Both the position numbers and the translations under genes were made by a program. Below are positions 39,013 through 48,945 of a stretch of DNA of 64,000 nt, one piece after another. The notes under the pieces are model-generated. The model was not told the DNA's origin and made no database searches. It worked only from the letters and a program-made list of their open reading frames with translations. Every line of letters begins with the position of its first letter. The first letter of the stretch is position 1. The DNA comes from Candidatus Thorarchaeota archaeon (GTDB taxonomy: Archaea; Asgardarchaeota; Thorarchaeia; Thorarchaeales; Thorarchaeaceae): contig JAOUFI010000005.1 in the NCBI GenBank assembly GCA_029858305.1, positions 18,508-82,507 of the forward strand, written 5' to 3'.

Positions 39013-40145
39013 TATTTGATGAAACTCATACTGAGCAAATCCGGATGTGCGCAGCTTGTCCCAAGATGTGCCGTCATGTATGCCCAACTTTCTTTGCTTG
39101 GCGATCAGACTCTCCTACACCACACGGTCGAGCACTCCTTATTCACCAGGCAATCATTGGCACACGTGAGATAGATGAACGTGGTGTTGAAGTCCTTTTT
39201 CAGTGTTTAGAATGCAGTCACTGTCTTACATGGTGCAAACCTGAGATTGATATTGCTACCATTGTTGAAGAACAACGGAAAGCGCTAGTGGCTGAAGAAC
39301 GACGCCCAAAGGGCTTAGTTGAGATGGCTCAAGCCATTAGACAATTTCATAATCCCTATTCGGAACCTCATATGTCACGAAATAATTGGTTGCCTATCAA
39401 GAAGAAGAAAGGAGGGAAATCATTGTTCTACTTCATCGGATGCACTGCGGCATACAGAGAGCAGGAGATTGCCTCCAGCACAGTAGACCTTCTTGAATCT
39501 TTAGGCTATCGGATTTCTATAGGAAATGGGTCATCGGATGAATGGTGCTGTGGGTCTCCCCTCTTTCGAACTGGAGATGTGGAACTTGGTCTTGAACAGG
39601 CGCGTCACAACGCTCAGATGCTCAATGAGATGAATGTTGATGAGATAATCGTGACTTGTCCTGGATGTTTCCGAGCTTTGTCGAAAGACTATCCAGAACA
39701 TGGCTTAATTCTGAATAAACCAGTTCGTCATATCAGCCAACTGCTTAATGATATTAAAGACAATCTACCAGCCATCGATTTTATGGGAAAAATAACATAT
39801 CATGATCCCTGTCATCTTGGCCGACACTCCAAGATCTATGATGAACCTAGAAATGTAATCAAGCAAGTCTCGAATTCCAATCTGAACGAGATGGAACGAA
39901 CAAGGGACAATGCAATGTGCTGTGGTAATGGTGCAGGATTAAGAACTCTCTTTCCTGAGCATGCCAAGAAGATTGGAATGGAACGAGTTCAACAAGCCAA
40001 ACAATCCGGTGCAAGTATTCTTGTCACAGCATGTCCCTTTTGCAAGAATATGCTCCAATCGCAGTCAGGAAACGATTTGATTGTCCTAGATTTGCCTGAG
40101 TTAGTCCTCCAAGCAAAAAGAGGCCGCAAGGTTAAGACACATTAA
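39009..40145 (+). CDS. GlcF/HdrD-like Fe-S oxidoreductase subunit
   Basis: CAACPKMCRHVCP, CLECSHC, CCG, YHDPCHLGR, CCGNGAG. Confidence 0.88.
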   Translation: MIFDETHTEQIRMCAACPKMCRHVCPTFFAWRSDSPTPHGRALLIHQAIIGTREIDERGVEVLFQCLECSHCLTWCKPEIDIATIVEEQRKALVAEERRPKGLVEMAQAIRQFHNPYSEPHMSRNNWLPIKKKKGGKSLFYFIGCTAAYREQEIASSTVDLLESLGYRISIGNGSSDEWCCGSPLFRTGDVELGLEQARHNAQMLNEMNVDEIIVTCPGCFRALSKDYPEHGLILNKPVRHISQLLNDIKDNLPAIDFMGKITYHDPCHLGRHSKIYDEPRNVIKQVSNSNLNEMERTRDNAMCCGNGAGLRTLFPEHAKKIGMERVQQAKQSGASILVTACPFCKNMLQSQSGNDLIVLDLPELVLQAKRGRKVKTH

Positions 40146-40174
40146 GCTTAATCTTCCAAAGAATTTGGACGACA

Positions 40175-41293
40175 ATGAACACCGAAGAAATACTCCAACT
40201 CAAGGTTCGACTACTTACAGAGGGTGCTCGAATACCAGAAGGAGAGTGGAAGGGACGACGGGGTGGTGCTGGACCAGTAGGAGGACGCTATTTCTTCCTC
40301 CCGAATGGTCGCATTTGTGGTGTCCCTATTCGAACCGGGAAACAAGCTGATCTTTTTCGTTCAGCCAGTCTTGAGCCTACGAATAATCCAAAGGTATGGC
40401 TTTATGATGGATCAACTGAATTATCTGAGGTTCCACGACCAAAATTCTATGATATGAAGACTGCAAATGGAATACCATACAGTAGTATTGCTCTTCTCCA
40501 CGGAGAAAGAACTCTTGCTACAACAGTCTACCAAGCTTGTCGATACTGGACTCAAGGAAGTCAATGCAAATTCTGTACAATTCCTCTATCACATCGAGTA
40601 GGAGACACAGTATTAGAAAAGACTCCTGAAGATGTTGCAGAAGTTGTCCTTGCAGCACTAAATGATGACTACATCGATGATGTTCTTCTCACAACCGGGA
40701 CTCCGGATTCTCCGGACATGGGTATTGAGAAACTTATCAATACAATTACTGCTATACGGAAAGTGAGCAATATCCCTATTGCGGTGCAGTTTGAGCCTCC
40801 TGTTGCTACAAGTGTAATTAAACAAGTAGCAGAAGCTGGAGCTAATGCGGTGGGGATACATATCGAAAGCGCTGATGAACCAATTCGTGAGGAAATGTGC
40901 CCCGGAAAATATGAATATGGCTCTCTTGATTTGTATAAGCAAAGCTGGAAATTTGCTCTGAAGTATTTTGAAAAAGGCCACGTTAGCACTTTTATTCTGC
41001 ATGGTCTTGGTGAAGATGTGCAGAAGACTCTGAATCTAGCTGAAGAGTTATCGCGCATCGGTGTTATGCCTATTGTGGCTCCAGTTCGCCCTTCACAAGG
41101 GAGCCAATTAGCAGATTACATTCCTACATATGTCGGAAACTTGTCTTCCTCAGTTGCTTTCTACAAGAGTCTAGGGACTATACTCTTCAAGCACGGATTG
41201 AATCCGAAGGAAACTAAGGGTGGCTGTCACAAATGTGGCGGCTGCACACCCATTCAAGAAGCATATGACTGGGCTGCAGCACAGAAGTTATAG
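40175..41293 (+). CDS. radical SAM protein, MSMEG_0568-like
   Basis: RRGGAGP, PRPKFYD..TANGIPY, Cx8CxxC (CRYWTQGSQCKFC), KTPEDVAEV, C-terminal CHKCGGC. Confidence 0.85.
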   Translation: MNTEEILQLKVRLLTEGARIPEGEWKGRRGGAGPVGGRYFFLPNGRICGVPIRTGKQADLFRSASLEPTNNPKVWLYDGSTELSEVPRPKFYDMKTANGIPYSSIALLHGERTLATTVYQACRYWTQGSQCKFCTIPLSHRVGDTVLEKTPEDVAEVVLAALNDDYIDDVLLTTGTPDSPDMGIEKLINTITAIRKVSNIPIAVQFEPPVATSVIKQVAEAGANAVGIHIESADEPIREEMCPGKYEYGSLDLYKQSWKFALKYFEKGHVSTFILHGLGEDVQKTLNLAEELSRIGVMPIVAPVRPSQGSQLADYIPTYVGNLSSSVAFYKSLGTILFKHGLNPKETKGGCHKCGGCTPIQEAYDWAAAQKL

Positions 41294-41322
41294 CAGTGCT
41301 AAACCTCCTCTGGTTGATTAAC

Positions 41323-41814
41323 ATGTCTGATATACCTGCTGAAGAAATTCGTATCGTTGAATTCACCGAAGAAGACGCAGAAGAGATCTCAGAGTTGCTT
41401 CGTCAGGTTTGGCCTCTTGCAACTGATTATCCTGAGCATTGGAGAAAGAAACGCATGTACACTCCTGAGCAGATTATACAGGACATGAGATCTGGTTATC
41501 ATTACTTTGGGAGTCGATTGCAGGGAAAAATTGTGGGATTGTACAAGGCTATTATTACTGAAAAGGGACTCTATGGCGAACATCAAACTGTGCGTCCTGA
41601 ATGTAGAAGTTCGGGCTTGGCATCTGCGATGTATATCCAATTTGCTGAGTATGGCAGAGAGCACAAGTGCACACGAAACTACTGCAATGTACTTGTTGGT
41701 CAAGAGATTGGGGAGCGGCTAATGAAAAAATTTGGATTTACTGCATGGGGAGATCCATATGAACAAGCTGAAGGGATGTTGGTACAAATGTATGAACGTT
41801 CGCTGATAGATTGA
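41323..41814 (+). CDS. GNAT acetyltransferase
   Basis: VRPECRSSGLA, KKFGF. Confidence 0.85.
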   Translation: MSDIPAEEIRIVEFTEEDAEEISELLRQVWPLATDYPEHWRKKRMYTPEQIIQDMRSGYHYFGSRLQGKIVGLYKAIITEKGLYGEHQTVRPECRSSGLASAMYIQFAEYGREHKCTRNYCNVLVGQEIGERLMKKFGFTAWGDPYEQAEGMLVQMYERSLID

Positions 41815-41887
41815 ATTTTGCGATTCCGAAAGACCTTTAGACTCCTCATTAAGTCCACTCGTCGCTCAATCAACATGAGGTGTCATT

Positions 41888-43555
41888 ATGGAAGTTTTCC
41901 CAATTCTCGTTGATGGCGAAGAAGTTGACACTGGAAAGTACAGCATCTTTCCTGATATGGAGAAGGTGACTCAAGATCCAGGCCTTGCTATAGCACTTCA
42001 GATGCAGAGTGCATCCTCATTCTCGCGTTTTGTTTTTTCAAAGATACCAAGCATGATACCAACAAGCACTCCAGAGTTGAGATTTCTGAGAGAATACCGA
42101 AAATATCATGGAGTGCCAAAGTACTCGAAGGATGAACTTGATGAAGTTGCATTTGCGAAAGTTTCTATCGCGCGCGAAGAAGACATTGAACGAGCTATAA
42201 GCGCAGGCACTAGAGACCACCAGAAATTGTTCAACCCATTCAAGATAAAGGACATGGGTGCAACCTTGGATGAACGAGCAGATGCAACATATGAAGCTGG
42301 TTTGGCACTGAAGAAAAGCTGGGAGGCTGTTCGGGACATCTCAATCAAAGAAGGAGTTCCACTTGGAACATTGAAGTGGACTTGGGAACTCTTCGAACCT
42401 TCTGCATACCGAAAGTCTGTTGATGAATGGGGACATCTACTTGATGTAATTGAGGATCCTGGTCTTGACGGGGGCAAGAATTATCGATTTAGAGAGCCTT
42501 TTGGAATTTCTTGCCTGTTTACACCCTACAATTCTCCAATTGCTTTGGGAATTCTATCTATTACATCATCGATTTTAGCTGGAAATTCGACCATACTAAA
42601 ACCTCCAAATAAAGTACCCTTGAGTACTATCCTTTTGGGCCGCATATATCTGAAAACGTTTCTTGAACGAGGATTGCCAACATCTATACTGCAACTACTA
42701 ACAGGAGCTGGAACGCACATGATGAAGCGTTTCATGGCTGATTCACGTGTTGGAGCTATTGTTTGGTATGGCGATAGTGATACTGGAATTAACCTGTGGT
42801 CCGAAGCAGTTTCCAAAAGAATCCAGATGGCTCCTGAATTAGCAGGCAGTGATGCCTGTCTTGTTTGGGGGAGTGATGTTGATTTAGAAAGAGCAGCAGA
42901 TATCATTGTTAGAGGTCGATACCTAGGTAGTGGTCAAGCTTGCATGGCAGTGAAGCGGTTACTCGTTGCAGAATCCCTTCATGACGAATTGGTTCGATTG
43001 ATTGTTGAGGAATCTGAAAAACTCAAAGTTGGTCTACCCTCAAATCCAAATGTAACCCTTCCCCCACTCGGTTTCAATTCGCTCTACCTTCTTATCGATC
43101 AAATTGAAGAAGCTCGAGCAAAAGGTGCGAAGATTGAAACTGGCGGATATCGGGTTAATTACCTTGATGAACCTGATCCTGTCGGGATCTTCTACAAACC
43201 CACTGTCTTGACAAACATAAAATTGGATATGCGACTTATGCAAGAAGAAGTGTTTGCACCAGCATTGCCTGTATATCCTGTCAAAAGTATTGACCAAGCT
43301 TTAGAGATTGCCAACAGTTCGCGGTACGGTCTCAGATCTTCAGTGATTACTGATGACATTAAGATACGTCAAAAATGGATTAAGGAAATTCAATCTGCTG
43401 GAGTAGGCATGGGTGATGATCATGTATATTTTGATCCTTACATGCCACATCTGGGGGGATACAAGGATTCTGGAATTATTGGTGGAAAATACTTTACAGA
43501 AATGCTTACTCGAATGAAGTATGTTCATGCTGGACCTGGCTCAGACTTCTTATAA
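41888..43555 (+). CDS. aldehyde dehydrogenase family protein
   Basis: REPFG, TPYNSP, AGN..ILKP, PELAG, GQAC, EEVFAP, GGYKDSG. Confidence 0.92.
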   Translation: MEVFPILVDGEEVDTGKYSIFPDMEKVTQDPGLAIALQMQSASSFSRFVFSKIPSMIPTSTPELRFLREYRKYHGVPKYSKDELDEVAFAKVSIAREEDIERAISAGTRDHQKLFNPFKIKDMGATLDERADATYEAGLALKKSWEAVRDISIKEGVPLGTLKWTWELFEPSAYRKSVDEWGHLLDVIEDPGLDGGKNYRFREPFGISCLFTPYNSPIALGILSITSSILAGNSTILKPPNKVPLSTILLGRIYLKTFLERGLPTSILQLLTGAGTHMMKRFMADSRVGAIVWYGDSDTGINLWSEAVSKRIQMAPELAGSDACLVWGSDVDLERAADIIVRGRYLGSGQACMAVKRLLVAESLHDELVRLIVEESEKLKVGLPSNPNVTLPPLGFNSLYLLIDQIEEARAKGAKIETGGYRVNYLDEPDPVGIFYKPTVLTNIKLDMRLMQEEVFAPALPVYPVKSIDQALEIANSSRYGLRSSVITDDIKIRQKWIKEIQSAGVGMGDDHVYFDPYMPHLGGYKDSGIIGGKYFTEMLTRMKYVHAGPGSDFL

Positions 43556-43610
43556 CATGTATAACACCAATAAGAAGATTGAACAGCAATGGGTTTCTCA
43601 AAAGCATGGA

Positions 43611-44924
43611 ATGAATCGAAGTATATCAGCTATAGATGATGCCGTTAATGCGCTCATTCAATTTGAAAAATCTACTACATCAATGAAGACACTACTAAGA
43701 GAATTACAGGCAACTTCCGTTGATACTTTCGTTTCTAAGATTCCCGCGCAATCTCTATCGCTAGGAGTCATTAGATTCAGGAATACAATCGATTATCTCC
43801 TCCAAAAGTCACTTGGAAAAAAGAAACTAATGGATTTGAATGTACGTGATAGAAACATCCTCCGTCTCATCCTATACGAAGCAAAATGGCTTGACGCAGG
43901 TATCGATGAAATTCTTTCTCGCCTTCCCGAAATCGAAGAAACATATGGCAATATAATAATGAGAGCTGTTGAAACAGATTTAGACGCAATTGTGAAAAAG
44001 CTAGCCACTGCCAATAGATTGAGCTTAAGATACTCTCATCCTACATTTCTGGTAAGAACTCTGTTAGATAATCTTTCATTCGAAGAAACAATTAAGCTAT
44101 TGAACGCAAATAACAAGAAACGAACATATTACCTCCGACTTAACAGACTTCTCGGAGGTGACGATTCAATCCTCAACTCTCTTGCCGGAGTAAAATTGGT
44201 TATAGATCCTGATATTCCTGGACTCTATAGAGTTTTAGATGGTATTGAAAGAGTTATCGCATCTCCATTTTTCCAAGATGGCTACATTCTAATTCAGGAT
44301 AAAGCTAGTGTTTTATCAGTCGAGGCTTTGGATACACATCCTGGTCAAACTGTATGGGATTCTTGTGCTGCTCCAGGTATGAAGACGCAATTGATTGCTG
44401 AGAAGCTTATGGGCAAAGGAAAGCTGATTGCGAGTGATGTGTATAAAGAGCGAGTAAAGGGAGCGCACAACCGATCTGCATATCTAAATGCACATCACAT
44501 TGAATGGTTGCATGCCGATTCCACAAGCCCTGTTGTCACTTCCGCGGACAAAATCCTAATCGATGCTCCATGCACCTCTACAGGAATCCTTCAAGCTTAT
44601 CCATCATTCAAGTGGCGTCTAAATAAGCAAGTCCTATTTTCATTAATGACGATTCAGAATAAACTTCTAGACGGAATTTTATCCTTATATCAAAATAAAC
44701 CTGGGACTGAAATTGTCTTCTCCACCTGCTCAATTCTCCCACATGAGGGCGAATCACAGATTGATTCAGCGCTCTCTCGGCATAACATCGAACTTCTCGA
44801 ACCAATGAATATAGGCGCACGTGGTTATCCTGGTTTCAACTGCTCCCAAAAGGTAACCAGAATGTTCCCACATATACATAATACAAGTGGTTTCTTCATT
44901 GCTAGGATGCGAATTAAGTCATGA
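43611..44924 (+). CDS. RsmB/NOP2 (NSUN) RNA m5C methyltransferase
   Basis: IQDKAS, DSCAAPGMKT, DAPCTSTG, STCSI, GFFIA. Confidence 0.92.
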   Translation: MNRSISAIDDAVNALIQFEKSTTSMKTLLRELQATSVDTFVSKIPAQSLSLGVIRFRNTIDYLLQKSLGKKKLMDLNVRDRNILRLILYEAKWLDAGIDEILSRLPEIEETYGNIIMRAVETDLDAIVKKLATANRLSLRYSHPTFLVRTLLDNLSFEETIKLLNANNKKRTYYLRLNRLLGGDDSILNSLAGVKLVIDPDIPGLYRVLDGIERVIASPFFQDGYILIQDKASVLSVEALDTHPGQTVWDSCAAPGMKTQLIAEKLMGKGKLIASDVYKERVKGAHNRSAYLNAHHIEWLHADSTSPVVTSADKILIDAPCTSTGILQAYPSFKWRLNKQVLFSLMTIQNKLLDGILSLYQNKPGTEIVFSTCSILPHEGESQIDSALSRHNIELLEPMNIGARGYPGFNCSQKVTRMFPHIHNTSGFFIARMRIKS

Positions 44925-45852
44925 TTCGCCTCTCAATAGATTCCATGACTCTTCTGGCGAACTCTCTATCATCTTTGAATGACCATGGAATCTCGAGGAA
45001 CATTTTGTTAGCACTAATCATGAGATTCTCATCACGGCTGACAAGGATCCTGAAGAGCATCTTTGTCCATATGAAACATGGATGTTCATTGAAAACTTGA
45101 CTTTTCTTTGACGTGGCTGCGATTTCAGTGAGGTACGCTATTCCCTCTTTTGGTTTTCCCAACATCAAATCTGCAAGAGCTCCCATACAGGCTAAGATTA
45201 CAGCATTCTTAACCATGCCTGATTCGATGTATGATTTTGCTCCTGTCTTGTATTCCTCAGCTTTCTTTTCATATAGTGCCCGTCCATGACTAATGATGAG
45301 GTCTCTGGTTTCATCTTTATCCGCTTTCTTGAGTGAAACCCCTCCAAGAACCGCGGCTTTAAGCTCGACCTGCACATCTGTCATTGGAGCAGAGTTGTTT
45401 AATTTTCGCATCTTCTCAACAATGTCGTTGCCAGCTACTACTAATGCTTGTTTAATGACTGGATTATTTAATGAGATGTCTTTCTTCAATATACCATTTT
45501 CATAGGCTACTCTTGCTGCTCTGAAAAAGTCATACGCCCTTTCTGTTAGATCGTTCTTGATAGCAAAATCAATGGCTTTCACATACGCCATAATTGCATT
45601 ATCTGTTTCATTGAGATTCTCAAATTGAATGGCTGCTTCGCTTATCCAAGGAAATGCATCCGTGCTATTGGTATCAATTGCATCCTGTCCGCGTGATAGA
45701 GAACTATAAGCATCAACACAAATCGTAGCAATATCTGGTACTGCGCATTTTGCAGATATTTCCATCTTTGACAGGCTAATCCCTCTCAATTTGCACATAC
45801 TTGCGCCGGTATCTTTGATACCAAACCATGTGCATTTTTCATCACCTGACAA
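44914..45852 (-). CDS. TPR/SNAP-like helical protein with WH2-like motif
   Basis: A-rich helical repeats; N-terminal Cys pattern; ELKAAVLGGVSLKKA. Confidence 0.65.
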   Translation of the reverse strand: MSGDEKCTWFGIKDTGASMCKLRGISLSKMEISAKCAVPDIATICVDAYSSLSRGQDAIDTNSTDAFPWISEAAIQFENLNETDNAIMAYVKAIDFAIKNDLTERAYDFFRAARVAYENGILKKDISLNNPVIKQALVVAGNDIVEKMRKLNNSAPMTDVQVELKAAVLGGVSLKKADKDETRDLIISHGRALYEKKAEEYKTGAKSYIESGMVKNAVILACMGALADLMLGKPKEGIAYLTEIAATSKKSQVFNEHPCFIWTKMLFRILVSRDENLMISANKMFLEIPWSFKDDREFARRVMESIERRIMT

Positions 45853-45965
45853 CAGATACCACTCCGAGTTTCACTATCTCTTCTACCCATGAGTTAAAAA
45901 ACCAACCCTCGCTGTATCGTTACCTTTAAACCCCTAAAATTGAGGGAATTTCTGAGGTTCTCAGG

Positions 45966-46373
45966 CTGTCAGATGATGATAACGAGCTTGCAATCATTCG
46001 CCGAAAGAAGATGGCTGAAATAGTAGCTCGTGAGAAGAAGTTGCAAGAAACAAGAGAACAGAAGGAGAAGGTTAGTGAGGAGCGTGAGAAGCTTCTCAAA
46101 CGTTTTCTTGAACCTGAAGCTCTGACATATCTTGATGGCCTTAAAACACATGAACCCGCTGTTGGAAATAGAGTACAAGAAATCATCCTCTATTTGATAG
46201 TATATCGAGGATTACGTCAGATAGTAAACCAGATTGACGTCCGTTATATTGAACGCCAAATCAAAGGTGAAGGTCCCACAATAAGAGTACATCGTGATGG
46301 TGAAACTTCTGACTTTGGCGCTTATGTTCGTGAAGCAATCAAAGATAGCACAAACAATTCAAAATCTGATTAG
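45966..46373 (+). CDS. PDCD5 family DNA-binding protein (probable CTG start)
   Basis: (L)SDDDNELAIIRRKKMAE...LLKRFLEPEA..YL; in-frame TAA at 45927; GAGGT RBS before CTG 45966. Confidence 0.8.
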   Translation: MSDDDNELAIIRRKKMAEIVAREKKLQETREQKEKVSEEREKLLKRFLEPEALTYLDGLKTHEPAVGNRVQEIILYLIVYRGLRQIVNQIDVRYIERQIKGEGPTIRVHRDGETSDFGAYVREAIKDSTNNSKSD

Positions 46374-46604
46374 ACACGAGTTTGAGCACGGATTTTCCAA
46401 TCTCTAATAGATTATTGGAATTCTTCGATACTACTAGTCTGTTTCCTCATGTGAAAAATGAGAGCTCCGCCTGATACAACTTGTACTATTTTTTCACGCA
46501 ATCGTTCATTAATGTCATCTGGCACAATTAGTCCCACGTTGGTCCGCTTCCATCGATAATTAAAGGAGTTTCGTCAAAGTGTTTCACCTCTGGAGAGTGC
46601 GCAA

Positions 46605-47357
46605 TTGAGATTATTTGATTCCCACACTCATATTGACATGAAACATTTTCAGAATGATATTGATAGAGTAATCCAGAGAGCTCGTGAAGCAGACCTTATT
46701 GGAATGGTCACTTCTTCTATTGGTTCTGGATCGTTCCGAAGAACGATTGGAATTATTAAGAAATACCCTAATTTCATCTATCACTCAGCTGGATGTTCTG
46801 TTTCACAGCTCACTGAGGATGAAACAACGAAGATTATCGAGCTAATCCAAAAATACTCAAAGGATATTGTTGCAGTTGGGGAGGTCGGTTTAGATTATCA
46901 CTGGATTAAGGACTCTCGAGGCCGAAAAGCGCAAGAACCCCTCTTTTCGAAGTTCATTGAACTTGCAATCGAGTTGAACTTGCCAATTGTCATTCATTCG
47001 AGGAAAGCTGAGGAAAGGGCCACTGAGATGCTTGAGAAACAATTCTCAGGAGATGTCTTGATGCATTGTTTCGACGGGGCACCTGAAATCGCTCGGCGTG
47101 TGGCTGATAATGGATGGTATATTACTCTCCCTTCAAACTTTGACAAGTACCGAAATAGGATTGCTTCTGCAAAAATCCTCCCCCTCGATCATATTTTGTT
47201 AGAAACAGATGGCCCTTATCTCTCACCTACTCCATTACGAAACGAACCTGCGAATATTCGGCATGGTTGTGAGGCATTAAGCAAAGTTCTCAAGCTCTCG
47301 ATGGAAGATGTTGCAAAAGCGACGACGAACAATGCAGAGCAATTCTATCGACTGTAA
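46605..47357 (+). CDS. tatD: TatD family hydrolase
   Basis: DSHTH, GEVGLDY, IHSR, HCF, LETDGPY, NEP. Confidence 0.95.
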   Translation: MRLFDSHTHIDMKHFQNDIDRVIQRAREADLIGMVTSSIGSGSFRRTIGIIKKYPNFIYHSAGCSVSQLTEDETTKIIELIQKYSKDIVAVGEVGLDYHWIKDSRGRKAQEPLFSKFIELAIELNLPIVIHSRKAEERATEMLEKQFSGDVLMHCFDGAPEIARRVADNGWYITLPSNFDKYRNRIASAKILPLDHILLETDGPYLSPTPLRNEPANIRHGCEALSKVLKLSMEDVAKATTNNAEQFYRL

Positions 47358-47370
47358 CCGATAGTACCAA

Positions 47371-48186
47371 ATGTATCCGTGTGAATTGTCCTTTATGTAC
47401 CAACGTAGATATTTGGAACTGCACAGTGACATGCTCAAGTCTCCGGTAGCTCTTGTGGGTCTGCCTGGGATAGCTAATGTTGGGAGAATTGCTATAGAAA
47501 CACTAACACAAGTTCTCGATGCAGAGCACATGATGGATTTTTTCAGTCAAGATTTTCCCCCTCGTGTTTTTGTGCAGAAAGGAATAAGCACGGTTCCGAA
47601 ATCCACTATCCATTTCTATAGGTCTGCGCCTGATGAGCTTCATGACTTACTTCTTCTAAGTGCAGACTATCAACCATCAACAAGTAGTGGAGTATATGAA
47701 TATGCAGATTTTGTTGCTGGTGAATTCAGCGCCTTAGGTGTGAGAGAGATGTATGCTCTCGCAGCTTACGAGCAAAGCTACGAAGAGTATTTTAGTTCAT
47801 ATCCAGAACCCTCCCGAATCTATGTGTCCGCAAGTTCTGAAGAACTACTAGCGAAATTATCAGCGTTGAGTAATATCACTGTCACACAGGAAGGATCAAT
47901 TGTTGGTGCAAATGGTGTAATCCCATTTTGGGCTGCCACTTTGTACAATATGGATGGGGCTTGTCTTCTTGGAGAAACACTTGGTGTAATTAAAACGGAT
48001 TACCGAGCCGCAAAAGCTGTTCTTGAGAAAATAGTTGATATTCTTGGGATAAAAGCTAGTTTTGATGATATGGATATAGAGATTTCAAAGGTAATCCAAC
48101 TCATAGAGTGGGCAAAGCAGGAAATAATGCAGAAAAAAGAGCCCTCTGAAGACGATAGTAGTCCTTCTGATTTATACATTGGATAA
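47371..48186 (+). CDS. PAC2 proteasome assembly chaperone family
   Basis: GLPGIANVGRIA, FPP, IVGANG, CLLGET. Confidence 0.9.
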   Translation: MYPCELSFMYQRRYLELHSDMLKSPVALVGLPGIANVGRIAIETLTQVLDAEHMMDFFSQDFPPRVFVQKGISTVPKSTIHFYRSAPDELHDLLLLSADYQPSTSSGVYEYADFVAGEFSALGVREMYALAAYEQSYEEYFSSYPEPSRIYVSASSEELLAKLSALSNITVTQEGSIVGANGVIPFWAATLYNMDGACLLGETLGVIKTDYRAAKAVLEKIVDILGIKASFDDMDIEISKVIQLIEWAKQEIMQKKEPSEDDSSPSDLYIG

Positions 48187-48187
48187 A

Positions 48188-48379
48188 TTATTCAACAAGC
48201 TCAGGATGAAGAATATCTGTTATCCATGCTTGGCTATCAAGATTAATGTAAAAATAATGGTCTTCATGTTTCACCTTCACTGTGTATGGAAACCTGCTCG
48301 CTTTTTTTAGTACACCCGGGGGCACCCTAAGTACAGTTCTTTTTTGACAGACAGGACATTTCGCATACCTCTCAAACAT
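48188..48379 (-). CDS. small Zn-binding hypothetical protein
   Basis: CPVC...H..H..YINLD. Confidence 0.7.
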   Translation of the reverse strand: MFERYAKCPVCQKRTVLRVPPGVLKKASRFPYTVKVKHEDHYFYINLDSQAWITDILHPELVE

Positions 48380-48399
48380 AATAATCCCTCTGGATGTTC

Positions 48400-48804
48400 T
48401 CATTGAATCTTTGAATCTTTACTTAAAATCAGTATTGTGTTATTCGGTTCAGGCTCTTCAAGTGCATTAGTAAACGCTTTAATTATTTCATCTGATGTTC
48501 TCTGAGCAAGTTCCCTGGAATCCGTGGCAACTATTCTCAGATTCTCATAAACGCCTGACTCAGCCAACACTCTGAATTCGGACTTGCCATTTTTGACATT
48601 TAGGATTAAGAAGTTGCTAAAATCCTTGAACTCGCCCTTTGGTCCTCGGAGCTTTCCTGATATCTTCTCGACTCTATTACTTTCAATAACACTCTTCAAT
48701 AAGTATGCTCGAATAACTTGATTTCCCACTTTTCGGCGGATATCAATGAATTCGTCAACAGTCGAGTCTTCTTTGACTAGTTTCCACCTATCTCCTGATA
48801 TCAT
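48400..48804 (-). CDS. hypothetical protein
   Basis: 134 aa ORF, GTGGTG RBS. Confidence 0.7.
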   Translation of the reverse strand: MISGDRWKLVKEDSTVDEFIDIRRKVGNQVIRAYLLKSVIESNRVEKISGKLRGPKGEFKDFSNFLILNVKNGKSEFRVLAESGVYENLRIVATDSRELAQRTSDEIIKAFTNALEEPEPNNTILILSKDSKIQ

Positions 48805-48945
48805 CTAACACCACTATTTCACAATCAAGAGCAAATATAGGGATTGTCTGGGCGTATTGGATTGCATCATAAAGCTGCGGAATAACCTTATTTATTAGCG
48901 CGCAATCCATTTTCATTCAGAAGGATTAAGGATGCACTGGTTGCC

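Noticed and set aside
46412-46525. 37-aa minus-strand ORF (MPDDINERLREKIVQVVSGG...) between PDCD5 and tatD; checked as a possible small ribosomal protein
   Set aside because: No recognisable family or basic composition; too short to support.
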